Of a DNA stretch of 64,000 nt, positions 30,211-40,805 are shown piece after piece; position 1 is the stretch's first letter, and the number at the start of each line of letters is the position of its first letter. A model generated the notes under the pieces. That model was not told the DNA's origin. It saw only the letters and a list, made by a program, of their open reading frames with translations, and did not search any database. This stretch comes from Gammaproteobacteria bacterium (GTDB lineage Bacteria > Pseudomonadota > Gammaproteobacteria > JAJFKO01): NCBI GenBank assembly GCA_028284465.1, contig JANQRR010000015.1:17286-81285 (forward strand), in the 5' to 3' direction. A program made the translations under genes and the position numbers.

Positions 30211-31158
30211 ATGAAAATTTTAATTACAGGTGGTGCTGGATTTATTGGATCACACCTAACTGATCAGTTAATAGCCCGTGGCAATCAAGTATTAGTGATT
30301 GACAATTATTCAACTGGACGCAGAGATAATTTAACACAACATGCTAATCTTAAAATTGTTGAAGATACCATTGCCAACGTTCACATGGTTCAGCAAGTAT
30401 TTGCAGAGTTTAAACCGGACTATGTTGTACATGCTGCGGCATCTTATCAAGACCCAAATAATTGGCAAGAAGACGCTGCCAGTAATGTTGCGGGTACAGT
30501 TAATGTCGTTAAAGCTGCGGAACAAAATCAAGTTAAGCGTTTAATCTATTTTCAGACGGCATTATGCTATGGATTAAAACCCGAGCAGCAACCTGTGCCG
30601 ATTGACCATCCTTTAAAACCAGAAGGAAGCAGTTATGCAATTAGTAAGACTGCAGGTGAAAGTTATATTCGCTTAAGTGAATTGAATTACCTTAGTTTTA
30701 GATTAGCGAATGCGTATGGTCCACGTAACATTAGCGGACCATTGCCTACTTTTTATCATCGACTGAGTGCAGGTAAGCCGTGTTTCGTTATGGATACTCG
30801 TCGGGATTTTCTCTATATTGATGATTTAATTGCCGTAGTGATAAAAGCACTTGATGGCGCAGGTGACAATCGGCGAGCTTATCATATTTCTTCCGGTGGT
30901 GATTTTGCAATTAAAGAATTATTTGATGCTACAGTGGCAGCACTGAACATTAAGCTTGAGCAAGAAGTAGAAGTACGTCCGCGTAATCCTGATGATGCTT
31001 ATACAATTTTATTGTCGCCTGATGATACGCAGCGTGATTTTGCTTGGCAAGCATCAACGCCTTTAGCTGAAGGGGTGAAGAAAGCGATAGATTATTATCG
31101 TGAGTATGGGATCACGCAAACTTTTACGCATTTAAAAATTGCCGAAACAACGGAGTGA
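30211..31158 (+). CDS. NAD-dependent sugar epimerase/dehydratase (extended SDR).
   Basis: MKILITGGAGFIGSHL Rossmann motif, YxxxK present. Start chosen at the internal ATG with a GGAG RBS. Confidence 0.8.
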   Translation: MKILITGGAGFIGSHLTDQLIARGNQVLVIDNYSTGRRDNLTQHANLKIVEDTIANVHMVQQVFAEFKPDYVVHAAASYQDPNNWQEDAASNVAGTVNVVKAAEQNQVKRLIYFQTALCYGLKPEQQPVPIDHPLKPEGSSYAISKTAGESYIRLSELNYLSFRLANAYGPRNISGPLPTFYHRLSAGKPCFVMDTRRDFLYIDDLIAVVIKALDGAGDNRRAYHISSGGDFAIKELFDATVAALNIKLEQEVEVRPRNPDDAYTILLSPDDTQRDFAWQASTPLAEGVKKAIDYYREYGITQTFTHLKIAETTE

Positions 31159-31222
31159 TGAGTATCATTTCAATCTCGCAGTGATAATTATTTAAATAAA
31201 ATTTAATTTCTATGGATATATA

Positions 31223-32269
31223 ATGCAAAAGTTTAAAGGAAGTAAGATTTTAGTCGTCGGTGGGGCAGGATTTGTTGGTAGCAATTTAGTAAAAAAACTA
31301 TTAGCCTACGAGCCATTGCAAATAGTGGTCATCGATAATTTATTATCGGCGGAACGAGAAAACCTACCTGAACATAAAGCGTTAAGCTTTATCGAAGGTT
31401 CGATCACTGATGACAAAATTTTACATGAGTTGCAGGATGATTTTGCTTATATATTTCATTTGGCAACATTTCACGGCAATGGCAGCTCGATTCATGATCC
31501 ACTCGCTGATCATGCCAATAATACCTTGACTACTTTAAAATTATTCGAGCATATACACCACTTTAAACAGTTAAAAAAAGTTGTGTATTCCTCGGCTGGC
31601 TGTGTTGCAGCAGAGAAAACTTTTTCCCAAGCACAAGCGACCACTGAAGAAACTATGCCATCGTTGTATCTCGACTCACCCTATCAAATTTCTAAGTTAA
31701 TTGGTGAGTTATATGCAAATTATTATTTTAAACAAAAAGGTTTGCCGGTAGTTAAAGCGCGATTTCAAAATGTTTATGGTCCTGGGGAAGTACTTGGTGC
31801 GGGGCAATGGCGAGGCACACCCGCAACGATCTGGCGCAATGTGGTGCCCATTTTTATTTATCAAAGTCTGCATCAATTAGCATTGACAGTTGAAAATGGT
31901 GGTATTGCTACCCGAGATTTTATTCACGTTGACGATATTTGTCATGGGTTAATGTTGTGTGCTTTAAATGGCGAGCCAGGAGAAAACTATAACCTTGCTA
32001 GTGGCGTAGAGACATCTATCAAAGAGTTAGCCACATTAATTAATCAATTTACTAATAATAACATTCCAATAGCTTTAAAGCCTAAACGTGATTGGGACCA
32101 TTCAGGAATGCGTTATGGTTGTACGGAAAAATCTAAGGATAAATTAGGTTTCGTGGCCACCACCGATTTAGCTGCAGGGCTCCAACAAACGATTGCCTGG
32201 ACTCAAGCTAACATGTCGCGTATTGAAGCATGTATTGCGAAACATTCGCAACATTTAGAGTCTGCTTAA
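31223..32269 (+). CDS. NAD-dependent sugar epimerase/dehydratase (extended SDR), second copy.
   Basis: KILVVGGAGFVGSNL and YQISKLIGE (YxxxK). Confidence 0.8.
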   Translation: MQKFKGSKILVVGGAGFVGSNLVKKLLAYEPLQIVVIDNLLSAERENLPEHKALSFIEGSITDDKILHELQDDFAYIFHLATFHGNGSSIHDPLADHANNTLTTLKLFEHIHHFKQLKKVVYSSAGCVAAEKTFSQAQATTEETMPSLYLDSPYQISKLIGELYANYYFKQKGLPVVKARFQNVYGPGEVLGAGQWRGTPATIWRNVVPIFIYQSLHQLALTVENGGIATRDFIHVDDICHGLMLCALNGEPGENYNLASGVETSIKELATLINQFTNNNIPIALKPKRDWDHSGMRYGCTEKSKDKLGFVATTDLAAGLQQTIAWTQANMSRIEACIAKHSQHLESA

Positions 32270-32271
32270 CT

Positions 32272-34179
32272 GTGTGCGGGATTGCAGGAATTATCGACAT
32301 TAGTGCTGCTGCTGAGCAATTAGCCGAGCGAGTTGCAGCAATGCAAGCAACCCTTAAGCATCGTGGGCCAGATGATGCCGGTGATTATCTTTGTCCTGAC
32401 ACAGGTTCGGTGATGTTAGGTCATCAACGTTTAGCCATTATTGATCCAGAGCATGGCGCTCAGCCAATGACGACAGCTGATGGCATGATCACTATCGTGT
32501 TTAATGGTGCTATTTATAATTATTTAGAGTTGCGTCGTGAATTGATTGGCTTACAGCATCCTATTCATAGTTATTCTGATACCGAAGTTTTATTATATGC
32601 TTACCGGCAATGGGGTGAAGCATGTTTGACAAAGCTACAAGGCATGTTTGCGTTTGCTATTTGGGATAGACATAAACGCAAGTTATTTTGTGCCCGTGAT
32701 CGCTTAGGGATAAAACCATTTTATTTTGCGCGCACAGAAAATTTTTTTGTTTTTGCTTCAGAAATTAAAGCAATTTTAGCTTCGAATTACCTTACTGCAT
32801 CGGCAGATTTTCAAAGTTTGCAAGATTATGTGACTTTTCAATATACCTTGGGTGATAAAACATTATTTAATCAAGTTTATAAACTCGAACCTGGTTGCAT
32901 GTTAACAGTCAGCTTAGATGATGAGCGACTTAATGTGGCACATAAACAATATTGGGATCTCGATTATACAATAGATGATCACCATAATGAGTCTTATTTT
33001 ATTGATCATCTCGCATTTTTGCTTGAAGATTCTGTGCGTCAACATTTACGTTCTGATGTCGCCCTCGGGGCGCATTTATCTGGTGGTTTAGATTCAAGTA
33101 CTGTCGTATGCATGGCAACGTCGATGCTAGCAGGCGCTGAATTTAAAACCTTTACTGGTGCGTTTCATGAAGGTCCAGCTTATGATGAAACTCATTATGC
33201 TAAATTAGTTGCGCAGTCAGTTAATGCAAATTATCAAGAAATTTATATTCCAAGTGAAGAGTTTGCTAACATCTTACCTAAACTTATTTATATGATGGAT
33301 GAACCTGCCGCGGGGCCCGGTTTGATCCCACAATATTTTGTTTCTAAATTGGCAGCAGAGCATGTCAAAGTGGTGCTCGGTGGGCAGGGCGGTGATGAAT
33401 TATATATTGGTTATGCGCGTTATTTAGTAGCGTATCTCGAAAAATGTCTACACGGTGCAATTTTTGCAACGGCAAATCAACAAAAGTATGCAGTATCATT
33501 AGATTCTGTGATCCCACATTTGCCTTTATTACAAAATTATGTGCCGATGCTACAACATTCATGGCGAGAAGGTTTGTTTACCAATGAAGATGAACGTTAT
33601 TTTCGTTTGATCAATCGCAGTGAGAATAGTCAACATTTATATTCACCAGAAATTTTTACCGGTTATTCAAGTTTCGCTCAATACCAACAAATTTTTAATA
33701 AAGCTGATCTGCATTCTTTGATTAATCGCATGACCTATTTCGATTTGAAAGCATCGTTGCCAGCATTATTGCAGGTTGAAGATAGAACTAGTATGGCAGT
33801 GTCATTGGAATCACGCGTGCCATTGCTTGATCATCGGATTGTCGAGTTCTTAGCAACAGTTCCACCAAATATCAAATTTGCGCAAGGTCAAAGTAAATAT
33901 TTGTTTCGTCAAGCGATAAAAAATGTGATCCCTGAGCCAGTATTGTCACGCCAAGATAAAATGGGTTTTCCAATGCCAATTCAACAATGGTTTAAAGACT
34001 GCGCACGCGATTTTGTTATGGAGATCTTATTTTCAAATCGCGCCCGCCAGCGTGGGATTTATAATATTCAGGCAATTGAGCAGATGTATCAGCAGGAGCA
34101 TCAATATAGCCGAATTATTTGGGGGGTGTTGTGTTTGGAATTATGGCATCGTATTTATATTGATGGCGATGGATTTTGA
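32272..34179 (+). CDS. Asparagine-synthase-like glutamine amidotransferase, second copy.
   Basis: GTG start giving (M)CGIAGII. HRGPDD, SGGLDSS and EDRTSMAVSLESRVP motifs are present. Confidence 0.85.
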   Translation: MCGIAGIIDISAAAEQLAERVAAMQATLKHRGPDDAGDYLCPDTGSVMLGHQRLAIIDPEHGAQPMTTADGMITIVFNGAIYNYLELRRELIGLQHPIHSYSDTEVLLYAYRQWGEACLTKLQGMFAFAIWDRHKRKLFCARDRLGIKPFYFARTENFFVFASEIKAILASNYLTASADFQSLQDYVTFQYTLGDKTLFNQVYKLEPGCMLTVSLDDERLNVAHKQYWDLDYTIDDHHNESYFIDHLAFLLEDSVRQHLRSDVALGAHLSGGLDSSTVVCMATSMLAGAEFKTFTGAFHEGPAYDETHYAKLVAQSVNANYQEIYIPSEEFANILPKLIYMMDEPAAGPGLIPQYFVSKLAAEHVKVVLGGQGGDELYIGYARYLVAYLEKCLHGAIFATANQQKYAVSLDSVIPHLPLLQNYVPMLQHSWREGLFTNEDERYFRLINRSENSQHLYSPEIFTGYSSFAQYQQIFNKADLHSLINRMTYFDLKASLPALLQVEDRTSMAVSLESRVPLLDHRIVEFLATVPPNIKFAQGQSKYLFRQAIKNVIPEPVLSRQDKMGFPMPIQQWFKDCARDFVMEILFSNRARQRGIYNIQAIEQMYQQEHQYSRIIWGVLCLELWHRIYIDGDGF

Positions 34180-35273
34180 AACCATCCATGTTGACAAAGT
34201 ACATCAACAATTTTTCGTGCTGCATGACCATCACCAAAAAAATCGGGGCGATCCTGCTTTGGAATTTTAGTCAATGCTGTTTGTATCGCTTTAGGATCAA
34301 TGTTATCTAAGCAACCGACTACAGTTTGCCAGCCGCAGGTTTCAATCTGTGGCCACGGAGTACGATAAAAAAATGTGATCACGGGTTTACTAGCGAAATA
34401 AGCTTCTTTTTGTAGGCCACCAGAATCAGTCAAAATGACATCAGCGTGATTGATCAAAGCTAACATATTCAAATATCCCTGTGGAGGGATTACTTTTAGA
34501 TTTGGTAATTGCTTTAAAGTTTCTAGCAAGCCGAATTCACGCAAGCAATTTTCAGTGCGTGGATGAATAGGAAATACGATATCTTTGTCAATGGATTGCA
34601 ATAAACTAATTAAATTTTCTAGCTTGGTTTTGTTATCAGTATTCTCTGGGCGATGTAAAGTGAGTAAATGATAATTGTTTTTTGTTAAACCAAATTCATG
34701 AATGATGTTATGCGATTCATTGACGAATTTATTAAAATGTAAATACGCGTCATACATAACATCGCCCGTGAAGTGGGCTTTAGCAGTAAGGTTTTCTTTT
34801 GCGAGGTTTTGCTGTGAAATAGTATCAGGGCAAAACAAAAGATCTGCTAAATGATCGGCAACGATGCGATTGGCTTCTTCCGGGTTAGTTTTGTTGTATG
34901 TTCTAGGTCCAGCCTCAATATGCGCAATCGGAATATGTAGTTTTACTGCAGCTAATGCCGCTGCTAAAGTTGAATTGGTATCACCAAAAATAATGATCCC
35001 TTTAGGGTGTAGTGATATTAAATGTTCTTCGATATTTGTTAATATTTCTGCAGTCATTTTGCCGTGTGTTTTGCTAGCAATCGTCAATTGAATATCAGGT
35101 TTAGGTAAGTTGAGATCAGCGAAGAAAACTTTATTCATATTATCATCGTAATGTTGACCTGTATGAATGATAATATGTTCTAACCCACGCGATTTTATTT
35201 CATTATGCACAGGCGCCAACTTAATAAATTGTGGCCGATTTCCAACAATGGTAATTATGGGCTGTTTGTTCAT
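34155..35273 (-). CDS. UDP-N-acetylglucosamine 2-epimerase family protein. WbpI-like candidate that would act on UDP-GlcNAc3NAcA.
   Basis: MNKQPIITIVGNRPQFIKLAPV...TDSGGLQKEAY. Second 2-epimerase in the locus, adjacent to the Wbp-type cassette. Confidence 0.8.
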   Translation of the reverse strand: MNKQPIITIVGNRPQFIKLAPVHNEIKSRGLEHIIIHTGQHYDDNMNKVFFADLNLPKPDIQLTIASKTHGKMTAEILTNIEEHLISLHPKGIIIFGDTNSTLAAALAAVKLHIPIAHIEAGPRTYNKTNPEEANRIVADHLADLLFCPDTISQQNLAKENLTAKAHFTGDVMYDAYLHFNKFVNESHNIIHEFGLTKNNYHLLTLHRPENTDNKTKLENLISLLQSIDKDIVFPIHPRTENCLREFGLLETLKQLPNLKVIPPQGYLNMLALINHADVILTDSGGLQKEAYFASKPVITFFYRTPWPQIETCGWQTVVGCLDNIDPKAIQTALTKIPKQDRPDFFGDGHAARKIVDVLCQHGWFQNPSPSI

Positions 35274-36589
35274 GATGTTGTGCTCTTTTGTGGAGTGTTT
35301 CGTAGATATTTTTGCAAGTGAGAATCAACAAAATAGGCATTATACGTTGTAACATCCGTTGGTGATAATGGTTTGTTCATTGGTAGGGCTGTAAGGTTTT
35401 TGAGATTATATTGATAATTGGACTTGGCATTTATCGGTAAAAAATCGAATTCATATAATGAATTTATTGTTTTTGGAGTAGCTACATTATTAATAAGAGT
35501 GTTATCAATTGTAGCAATAAACTTTTTGTAAGTATATTTTTCTGAGAGAAGAATATCGTTATATGCTTGCGTGGTAATTTCCTCTAAATAATTATGATCA
35601 TCAAGTTTAGCAAGTACTTCCTCAACATTGCTAAAATCTTTCTTTAGTGGGATATAGTGGATATGTGGTTTGATAATACCGGAATATTCACCTTCATAAC
35701 AAATAAGCGCCGTTTTTAAGGCAATAGCTTCAAATATTTTAGGCGATATTTGATTCATTTTAACTTTACCTTCATGCTGCGCAAGATATTTAGCATGAAT
35801 TTCTGCATAACTGATAGTTGGATTGACATTTAATTCTTGTTGGATGCTTTGCCGAATTTCATAACGATCATCAAATACATTGCAACCGCTTTCTGTGGCT
35901 AATGTAGCTTTAGCATTAGCGAGAAACTGATACCAGGCATCACCGTAGATCCGTTGATGATCTTGCCAGGCGATATTAGCAGGAATGTTTCGACGTTCGC
36001 ATTCTGCAAGCATACGTTTGCCAATTGCCATTTTTTCTTGACAGAGGTCTCCATACCATGAAGCTAAAATTCTAGCGCGATAACTAATAGCGTATTGACG
36101 CTGTGTGAAAGGCTTATGATATTGATGTAACTTAAGATGGTTATCAGCGATATAGCCAGTTAATACACTGATAAAGGTTACTGTTGGAAAACGCGAGTGT
36201 GGGTAAATCGTATTAACAAATTGTTTAGGTACACAAGTGTAAACTAGTTTTATATTTAATTGTTCGATGAATTGTCGAGTATATTCAGTGCCATCATATT
36301 CATCTTGTACAAACAGCACTTTATAACCTTGATATTTTTTTAAAGCAGGAATAAAAGCAGGAGACAATTGTAAACAGCCTTGATTTAAAGGTTGGCAAGT
36401 TCTAATTGAGTAATTAATAATAATCACATCAAACATCTCTAGATCAATAGTGCAAGCAGCATCGTGAGTTGCATGTACATACTGAATATTATGTTGGGAA
36501 AATAAACTAAAGCTTGACAGATATTCATAATGGCAATTAGTGAGGTTTGAATATGCATCATAAAGGATTAGTACATTCAATTTGGCCAT
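35270..36589 (-). CDS. Hypothetical 439-aa protein, paralogue of 28728-30134.
   Basis: See the paralogue blocks listed for 28728-30134. It overlaps the 2-epimerase gene by 4 nt. Confidence 0.6.
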   Translation of the reverse strand: MAKLNVLILYDAYSNLTNCHYEYLSSFSLFSQHNIQYVHATHDAACTIDLEMFDVIIINYSIRTCQPLNQGCLQLSPAFIPALKKYQGYKVLFVQDEYDGTEYTRQFIEQLNIKLVYTCVPKQFVNTIYPHSRFPTVTFISVLTGYIADNHLKLHQYHKPFTQRQYAISYRARILASWYGDLCQEKMAIGKRMLAECERRNIPANIAWQDHQRIYGDAWYQFLANAKATLATESGCNVFDDRYEIRQSIQQELNVNPTISYAEIHAKYLAQHEGKVKMNQISPKIFEAIALKTALICYEGEYSGIIKPHIHYIPLKKDFSNVEEVLAKLDDHNYLEEITTQAYNDILLSEKYTYKKFIATIDNTLINNVATPKTINSLYEFDFLPINAKSNYQYNLKNLTALPMNKPLSPTDVTTYNAYFVDSHLQKYLRNTPQKSTTS

Positions 36590-36766
36590 ATTTCACACTC
36601 TTTTGATCTGCTAAAAGTGGAACTACACGTTAAAAAAGCTTGAGTGTCAACCTTTTTAATTAAGTTTAACAATCATAGGTAACTATGTTAAAATACTCGA
36701 CAATATTATATGGTTATATTCTGGCCTAAAACTAGGGAAATAACATAAACAAAGGCATTTGATAGG

Positions 36767-38128
36767 ATGACTGAAATTTCGGCGCTTGAAGATAATTCAC
36801 AACAATTAGTGGATCATCAAAATTGTAACTTGACGGCTTTATTGCAAAAAATTAATACGAAAACTGCTCGGGTTAGTGTCATTGGACTTGGTTATGTTGG
36901 CCTACCTTTTTTGTTAGAAAAGGCTAAAGTTGGTTTAAATGTCATTGGCATTGATCGGCTATCTCATCGTGTGGCTGCTGTTAAAGCCGGGAAAAGCTAT
37001 ATCACAGGAATTGATGATGCAGAACTTCAACAGGTGATTGCTAGTGGCTTAGTTGATACCACTACGGACTATGCTGGCCTAGTTGATGCTGACGTTATCG
37101 TGATCTGTGTACCAACACCGCTAGATAAAAACTTATGTCCAGACTTACAGTATGTGGTCCACGTCGCGCAGCATATAGCTAAATATTTACAGCGTGGGCA
37201 GTTAGTTAGTTTAGAATCCACCACATACCCCGGTACGACGCAAGAAATTATTAAGCCTATTTTAGAAGAAAATGGCTTAATTGCTGGCGAAGATTTTTTT
37301 TTAGCACATTCGCCTGAACGAGTTGATCCTGGCAATCAACGTTATAATACCATTAACACTAATAAAGTTGTGGGTGGTAATGATCCTCAAAGTTTAATCG
37401 CTGCTGAAGCATTTTATAAGTTAGCGATTGAAAATGTTGTGTCTGTTAGTAGTGCAAAAGTGGCGGAAATGGTTAAAGTATTTGAAAATACTTATCGTGC
37501 TGTCAATATCGCTTTAGCAAATGAAATGGCGTTATTATGTGATCGTATGGATATAAATGTTTGGGAAGTGCTAGATGCAGCATTCACTAAACCTTTCGGG
37601 ATCATGCCTTTTTATCCAGGGCCAGGTGTTGGTGGTCATTGTATTCCAGTTGATCCGCATTATTTAGAATGGAAAGCGAAAGAGTTTCATTTCCAAACTC
37701 GGTTTATTATGTTGGCAAGTGAGATTAATCGCAAAATGCCAAAGTTTGTGGTGGATAAAATCGCTAGGCTATTAAATCAAAAACAAAAAGCGTTAAATGG
37801 TGCTAATGTTTTAATGTTAGGAATAACGTATAAAAAAGATGTGCCTGACTATCGAGAATCGCCAGCATTAATTATTTATGAATTGTTACAACGCGCTGGC
37901 GTTAATATAGGTTACCATGATCCTTTTGTGCCGGAAATAGAATTAGATGGACATAAAATTGTAAGTATGGAATTGAATTCAACAATAGTTGGTGGTGCTG
38001 ATTTAGTGTTAATTACCACAGCACATACCACTATTGATTATCAAAAAATAGTTGATCAAGCGCAGATCGTTTTAGATACGCGCAATGTAACTAAAGGAAT
38101 GCAAACTAATAAAGTGGTGTTATTGTAA
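36767..38128 (+). CDS. UDP-N-acetyl-D-glucosamine 6-dehydrogenase (WbpA/WbpO-like).
   Basis: VSVIGLGYVGLP, GGHCIPVDP. Family as for wecC but a distinct paralogue heading the WbpB/E/D genes. Confidence 0.8.
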   Translation: MTEISALEDNSQQLVDHQNCNLTALLQKINTKTARVSVIGLGYVGLPFLLEKAKVGLNVIGIDRLSHRVAAVKAGKSYITGIDDAELQQVIASGLVDTTTDYAGLVDADVIVICVPTPLDKNLCPDLQYVVHVAQHIAKYLQRGQLVSLESTTYPGTTQEIIKPILEENGLIAGEDFFLAHSPERVDPGNQRYNTINTNKVVGGNDPQSLIAAEAFYKLAIENVVSVSSAKVAEMVKVFENTYRAVNIALANEMALLCDRMDINVWEVLDAAFTKPFGIMPFYPGPGVGGHCIPVDPHYLEWKAKEFHFQTRFIMLASEINRKMPKFVVDKIARLLNQKQKALNGANVLMLGITYKKDVPDYRESPALIIYELLQRAGVNIGYHDPFVPEIELDGHKIVSMELNSTIVGGADLVLITTAHTTIDYQKIVDQAQIVLDTRNVTKGMQTNKVVLL

Positions 38129-39105
38129 TGGAAAAACAAACACAAAGAAGTATTGGGGTTGTCGGTGCTGGTAAATGGGGACGTAATATCATCAAAACTT
38201 TGCATGGGTTAGATGCTTTACATGCTATTGCTGAAGTTGATGATGTCTATCGCCAACAAATGAGTGAGCTTTATCCTCAAATTGACATATTTGATGATCA
38301 TGAAAAAATGTATCACGCTAATATTGATGTCGTTGTCATTGCAACACCAGTGATCACTCATTACGAATTAGCAAAACAAGCCTTATTGCTAGGCAAAGAT
38401 GTATTTGTTGAAAAGCCAATGACGTTTACTGCAGATGAATCTCGACACTTAACTCAAATTGCTAAAGAAAAAGATTGTGTGTTAATGGTTGGGCATATGT
38501 TATTGTATCAACCAGCAATCCAATTTATTAAACAATATCTTAACGACGGTCATTTAGGCAAAGTTTATAGCCTGCATCAAGTACGACGTAATTTAGGTAC
38601 CATTCGTACTCAAGTTAATGTTTTATATTCACTTGGCGTACATGATTTAGCAGTACTTGCTTATTTAGTTGGTGAATCAGCTCAATCAGTAACTGCAGCA
38701 GGTCAATCGATTGTAAGCCCAGGCATTGAAGATGATATGACGGTGCATATCCAATATGCCTCTGGCATTCAAGCGCACCTTCACATTTGTTGGTTGTGGC
38801 CAGTTAAAGATAGACATTTGATGATCTTAGGTGAGAAAGGTGCATTGCTGTATGATGAGTTGAATCATACGGTTACCTTATATCGTCATTATGCTAACGC
38901 TGATGCTACTGTGTCTAGTTCTGGTGGTAGCGAGATTATTTATCGAGGTAGTAATCAGCCTTTGACACAAGAAATGCAGCATTTCCTCGATTGTGTGCAC
39001 AGTCATCAGCAACCACTAAGTTCCGGACAGCAAGGGTTGGAAGTGGTAGAATTGATGGAATCGATCACTAAGCAATTATCAACTGAGGAATTGCATGTCT
39101 ACTGA
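38128..39105 (+). CDS. Gfo/Idh/MocA oxidoreductase (WbpB-like UDP-GlcNAcA 3-dehydrogenase).
   Basis: [12 protein letters not shown]ossmann motif and EKP motif. Its position between the WbpA-like and WbpD/E-like genes supports the call. Confidence 0.8.
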   Translation: MEKQTQRSIGVVGAGKWGRNIIKTLHGLDALHAIAEVDDVYRQQMSELYPQIDIFDDHEKMYHANIDVVVIATPVITHYELAKQALLLGKDVFVEKPMTFTADESRHLTQIAKEKDCVLMVGHMLLYQPAIQFIKQYLNDGHLGKVYSLHQVRRNLGTIRTQVNVLYSLGVHDLAVLAYLVGESAQSVTAAGQSIVSPGIEDDMTVHIQYASGIQAHLHICWLWPVKDRHLMILGEKGALLYDELNHTVTLYRHYANADATVSSSGGSEIIYRGSNQPLTQEMQHFLDCVHSHQQPLSSGQQGLEVVELMESITKQLSTEELHVY

Positions 39106-39688
39106 TTATTTTGTGCATGATACAGCGATTATCGATGCAGGCGCAAAAATTGGCATAGGTACGAAAATATGGCACTGGGTGCATGTGTGCGCTAGTGCAC
39201 AGATTGGTGAAAAGTGTAGCTTAGGCCAGAATGTTTTTGTGGGTAATAATGTTCGCATTGGTGATCAAGTCAAAATTCAGAATAACGTTTCTGTGTATGA
39301 CCAAGTAATTCTAGAAGATCATGTATTTTGTGGGCCAAGCATGGTGTTTACCAATGTTTATAATCCGCGATCAGCGATTTCTCGCAAACATCAATATCGT
39401 CCAACCTTAGTTAAGCAAGGTGCAACGATTGGTGCGAATGCAACAGTTGTTTGTGGAATAACTATTGGGCGTTACGCATTTATTGGCGCCGGTGCAGTGG
39501 TTACCCAGGATGTGGCAGATTTTGCTTTAATGGTTGGCGTGCCTGCTAAACAAATAGGTTGGATGAGCGCCTATGGTGAACGTTTAGATTTACCATTAAC
39601 TGGCTCAGCAAACACTACATGTAAGCATACTGGTGCGCACTATCAATTAGTTAATAGTCAATGCATCATCGCAGAGGAGATAGCTTAG
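39095..39688 (+). CDS. Hexapeptide-repeat (left-handed beta-helix) N-acetyltransferase, WbpD-like.
   Basis: Repeated [LIV]G..... hexapeptides run throughout the protein. Confidence 0.8.
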   Translation: MSTDYFVHDTAIIDAGAKIGIGTKIWHWVHVCASAQIGEKCSLGQNVFVGNNVRIGDQVKIQNNVSVYDQVILEDHVFCGPSMVFTNVYNPRSAISRKHQYRPTLVKQGATIGANATVVCGITIGRYAFIGAGAVVTQDVADFALMVGVPAKQIGWMSAYGERLDLPLTGSANTTCKHTGAHYQLVNSQCIIAEEIA

Positions 39689-39692
39689 CATA

Positions 39693-40805
39693 ATGAAATT
39701 TATCGATTTAGCAACTCAGCAGCAACGTATTAAACCCTTACTTGATCAACGTTTGCAGGCGGTATTAGCTCATGGGCAATATATTATGGGGCCTGAGATT
39801 GTAGAACTTGAAGATCAATTAGCAAAATTTGTTGGGGTTGATCATTGTATCAGCGTGGCAAGTGGCACCGATGCATTATTAATTGCGATGATGGCTTTAG
39901 GTGTTAAGGCAGGTGATGAAGTTATTACAACCCCATTTACCTTTATCGCTACGGGTGAAATGATCCGTTTACTCGGAGCAATTCCAGTGTTTGTTGATAT
40001 TGATCCATATACTTATAACCTTGATCCGGCAAAGCTTACACAAGCAATCACTGCACGTACTAAAGCTATCATCGGAGTAAATTTATTTGGTCAATGCGCT
40101 GACTATCAAGCGATTAATGCAGTGGCTGCACAATACCACATTCCGGTGATTGAAGATGCTGCGCAAAGTTTTGGTGCTACGCATCATGGTGAGCAGTCTT
40201 GTAGCTTAACTACAATTGGTTGTACCAGCTTTTTTCCTTCCAAACCATTAGGCTGTTATGGTGATGGTGGTGCTTGTTTTACTAATGATGCAGCGTTAGC
40301 AACAACAATGCGACAAATTCGGGTTCATGGGCAATCGCAACGTTATCAGCATAATATCATCGGCATTAATGGGCGCTTAGATACTATGCAAGCAGCAGTA
40401 TTGTTGGCTAAGTTAACTATTTTTACCGCCGAAGTTAAAGCTCGTCAACAAATCGCTGACTACTATAACCAATTACTTCAAGACATTGCAGCCATTCCAA
40501 CGATTATGCCAGAGAATACCAGTGTTTACGCGCAGTATACCATTCAGATTGAAGAGCGCGATACCTTGCGTGAACAGTTAAAAGCAGCGGGTATTCCAAC
40601 CGCTGTGCATTATCCTAAGCCGTTGCACTTACAGCCTGCTTTTGCTGATCTTGCAATTGCACAACAGCATTTTCCCATAGCAGAAGAGGTTGCCAAGAAA
40701 GTGATCAGCGTGCCTATGCATCCTTACTTAAAAAAGGAGACAATTTCTACAATTGCTGCTAAAATCACCAAAATTTTAGCTGGTTCCGTGAGTATGAATG
40801 CATGA
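39693..40805 (+). CDS. DegT/DnrJ/EryC1/StrS-family PLP aminotransferase, WbpE-like.
   Basis: SGTDAL.IA, active-site region FFPSKPLGCYGDGG (Lys in SKPL). Confidence 0.85.
   Translation: MKFIDLATQQQRIKPLLDQRLQAVLAHGQYIMGPEIVELEDQLAKFVGVDHCISVASGTDALLIAMMALGVKAGDEVITTPFTFIATGEMIRLLGAIPVFVDIDPYTYNLDPAKLTQAITARTKAIIGVNLFGQCADYQAINAVAAQYHIPVIEDAAQSFGATHHGEQSCSLTTIGCTSFFPSKPLGCYGDGGACFTNDAALATTMRQIRVHGQSQRYQHNIIGINGRLDTMQAAVLLAKLTIFTAEVKARQQIADYYNQLLQDIAAIPTIMPENTSVYAQYTIQIEERDTLREQLKAAGIPTAVHYPKPLHLQPAFADLAIAQQHFPIAEEVAKKVISVPMHPYLKKETISTIAAKITKILAGSVSMNA

Noticed and set aside
34013-34270. An 85-aa ORF spanning the asnB-like/2-epimerase junction.
   Set aside because: It overlaps the ends of two strongly supported convergent genes and has no independent support.
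36590-36766. Sigma70-like promoter elements (TTAACA, then about 16 nt, then TAAAAT) in the divergent region before the WbpA-like gene.
   Set aside because: It is plausible, but in an AT-rich intergenic region such hexamers arise by chance. It cannot be supported without transcript data.
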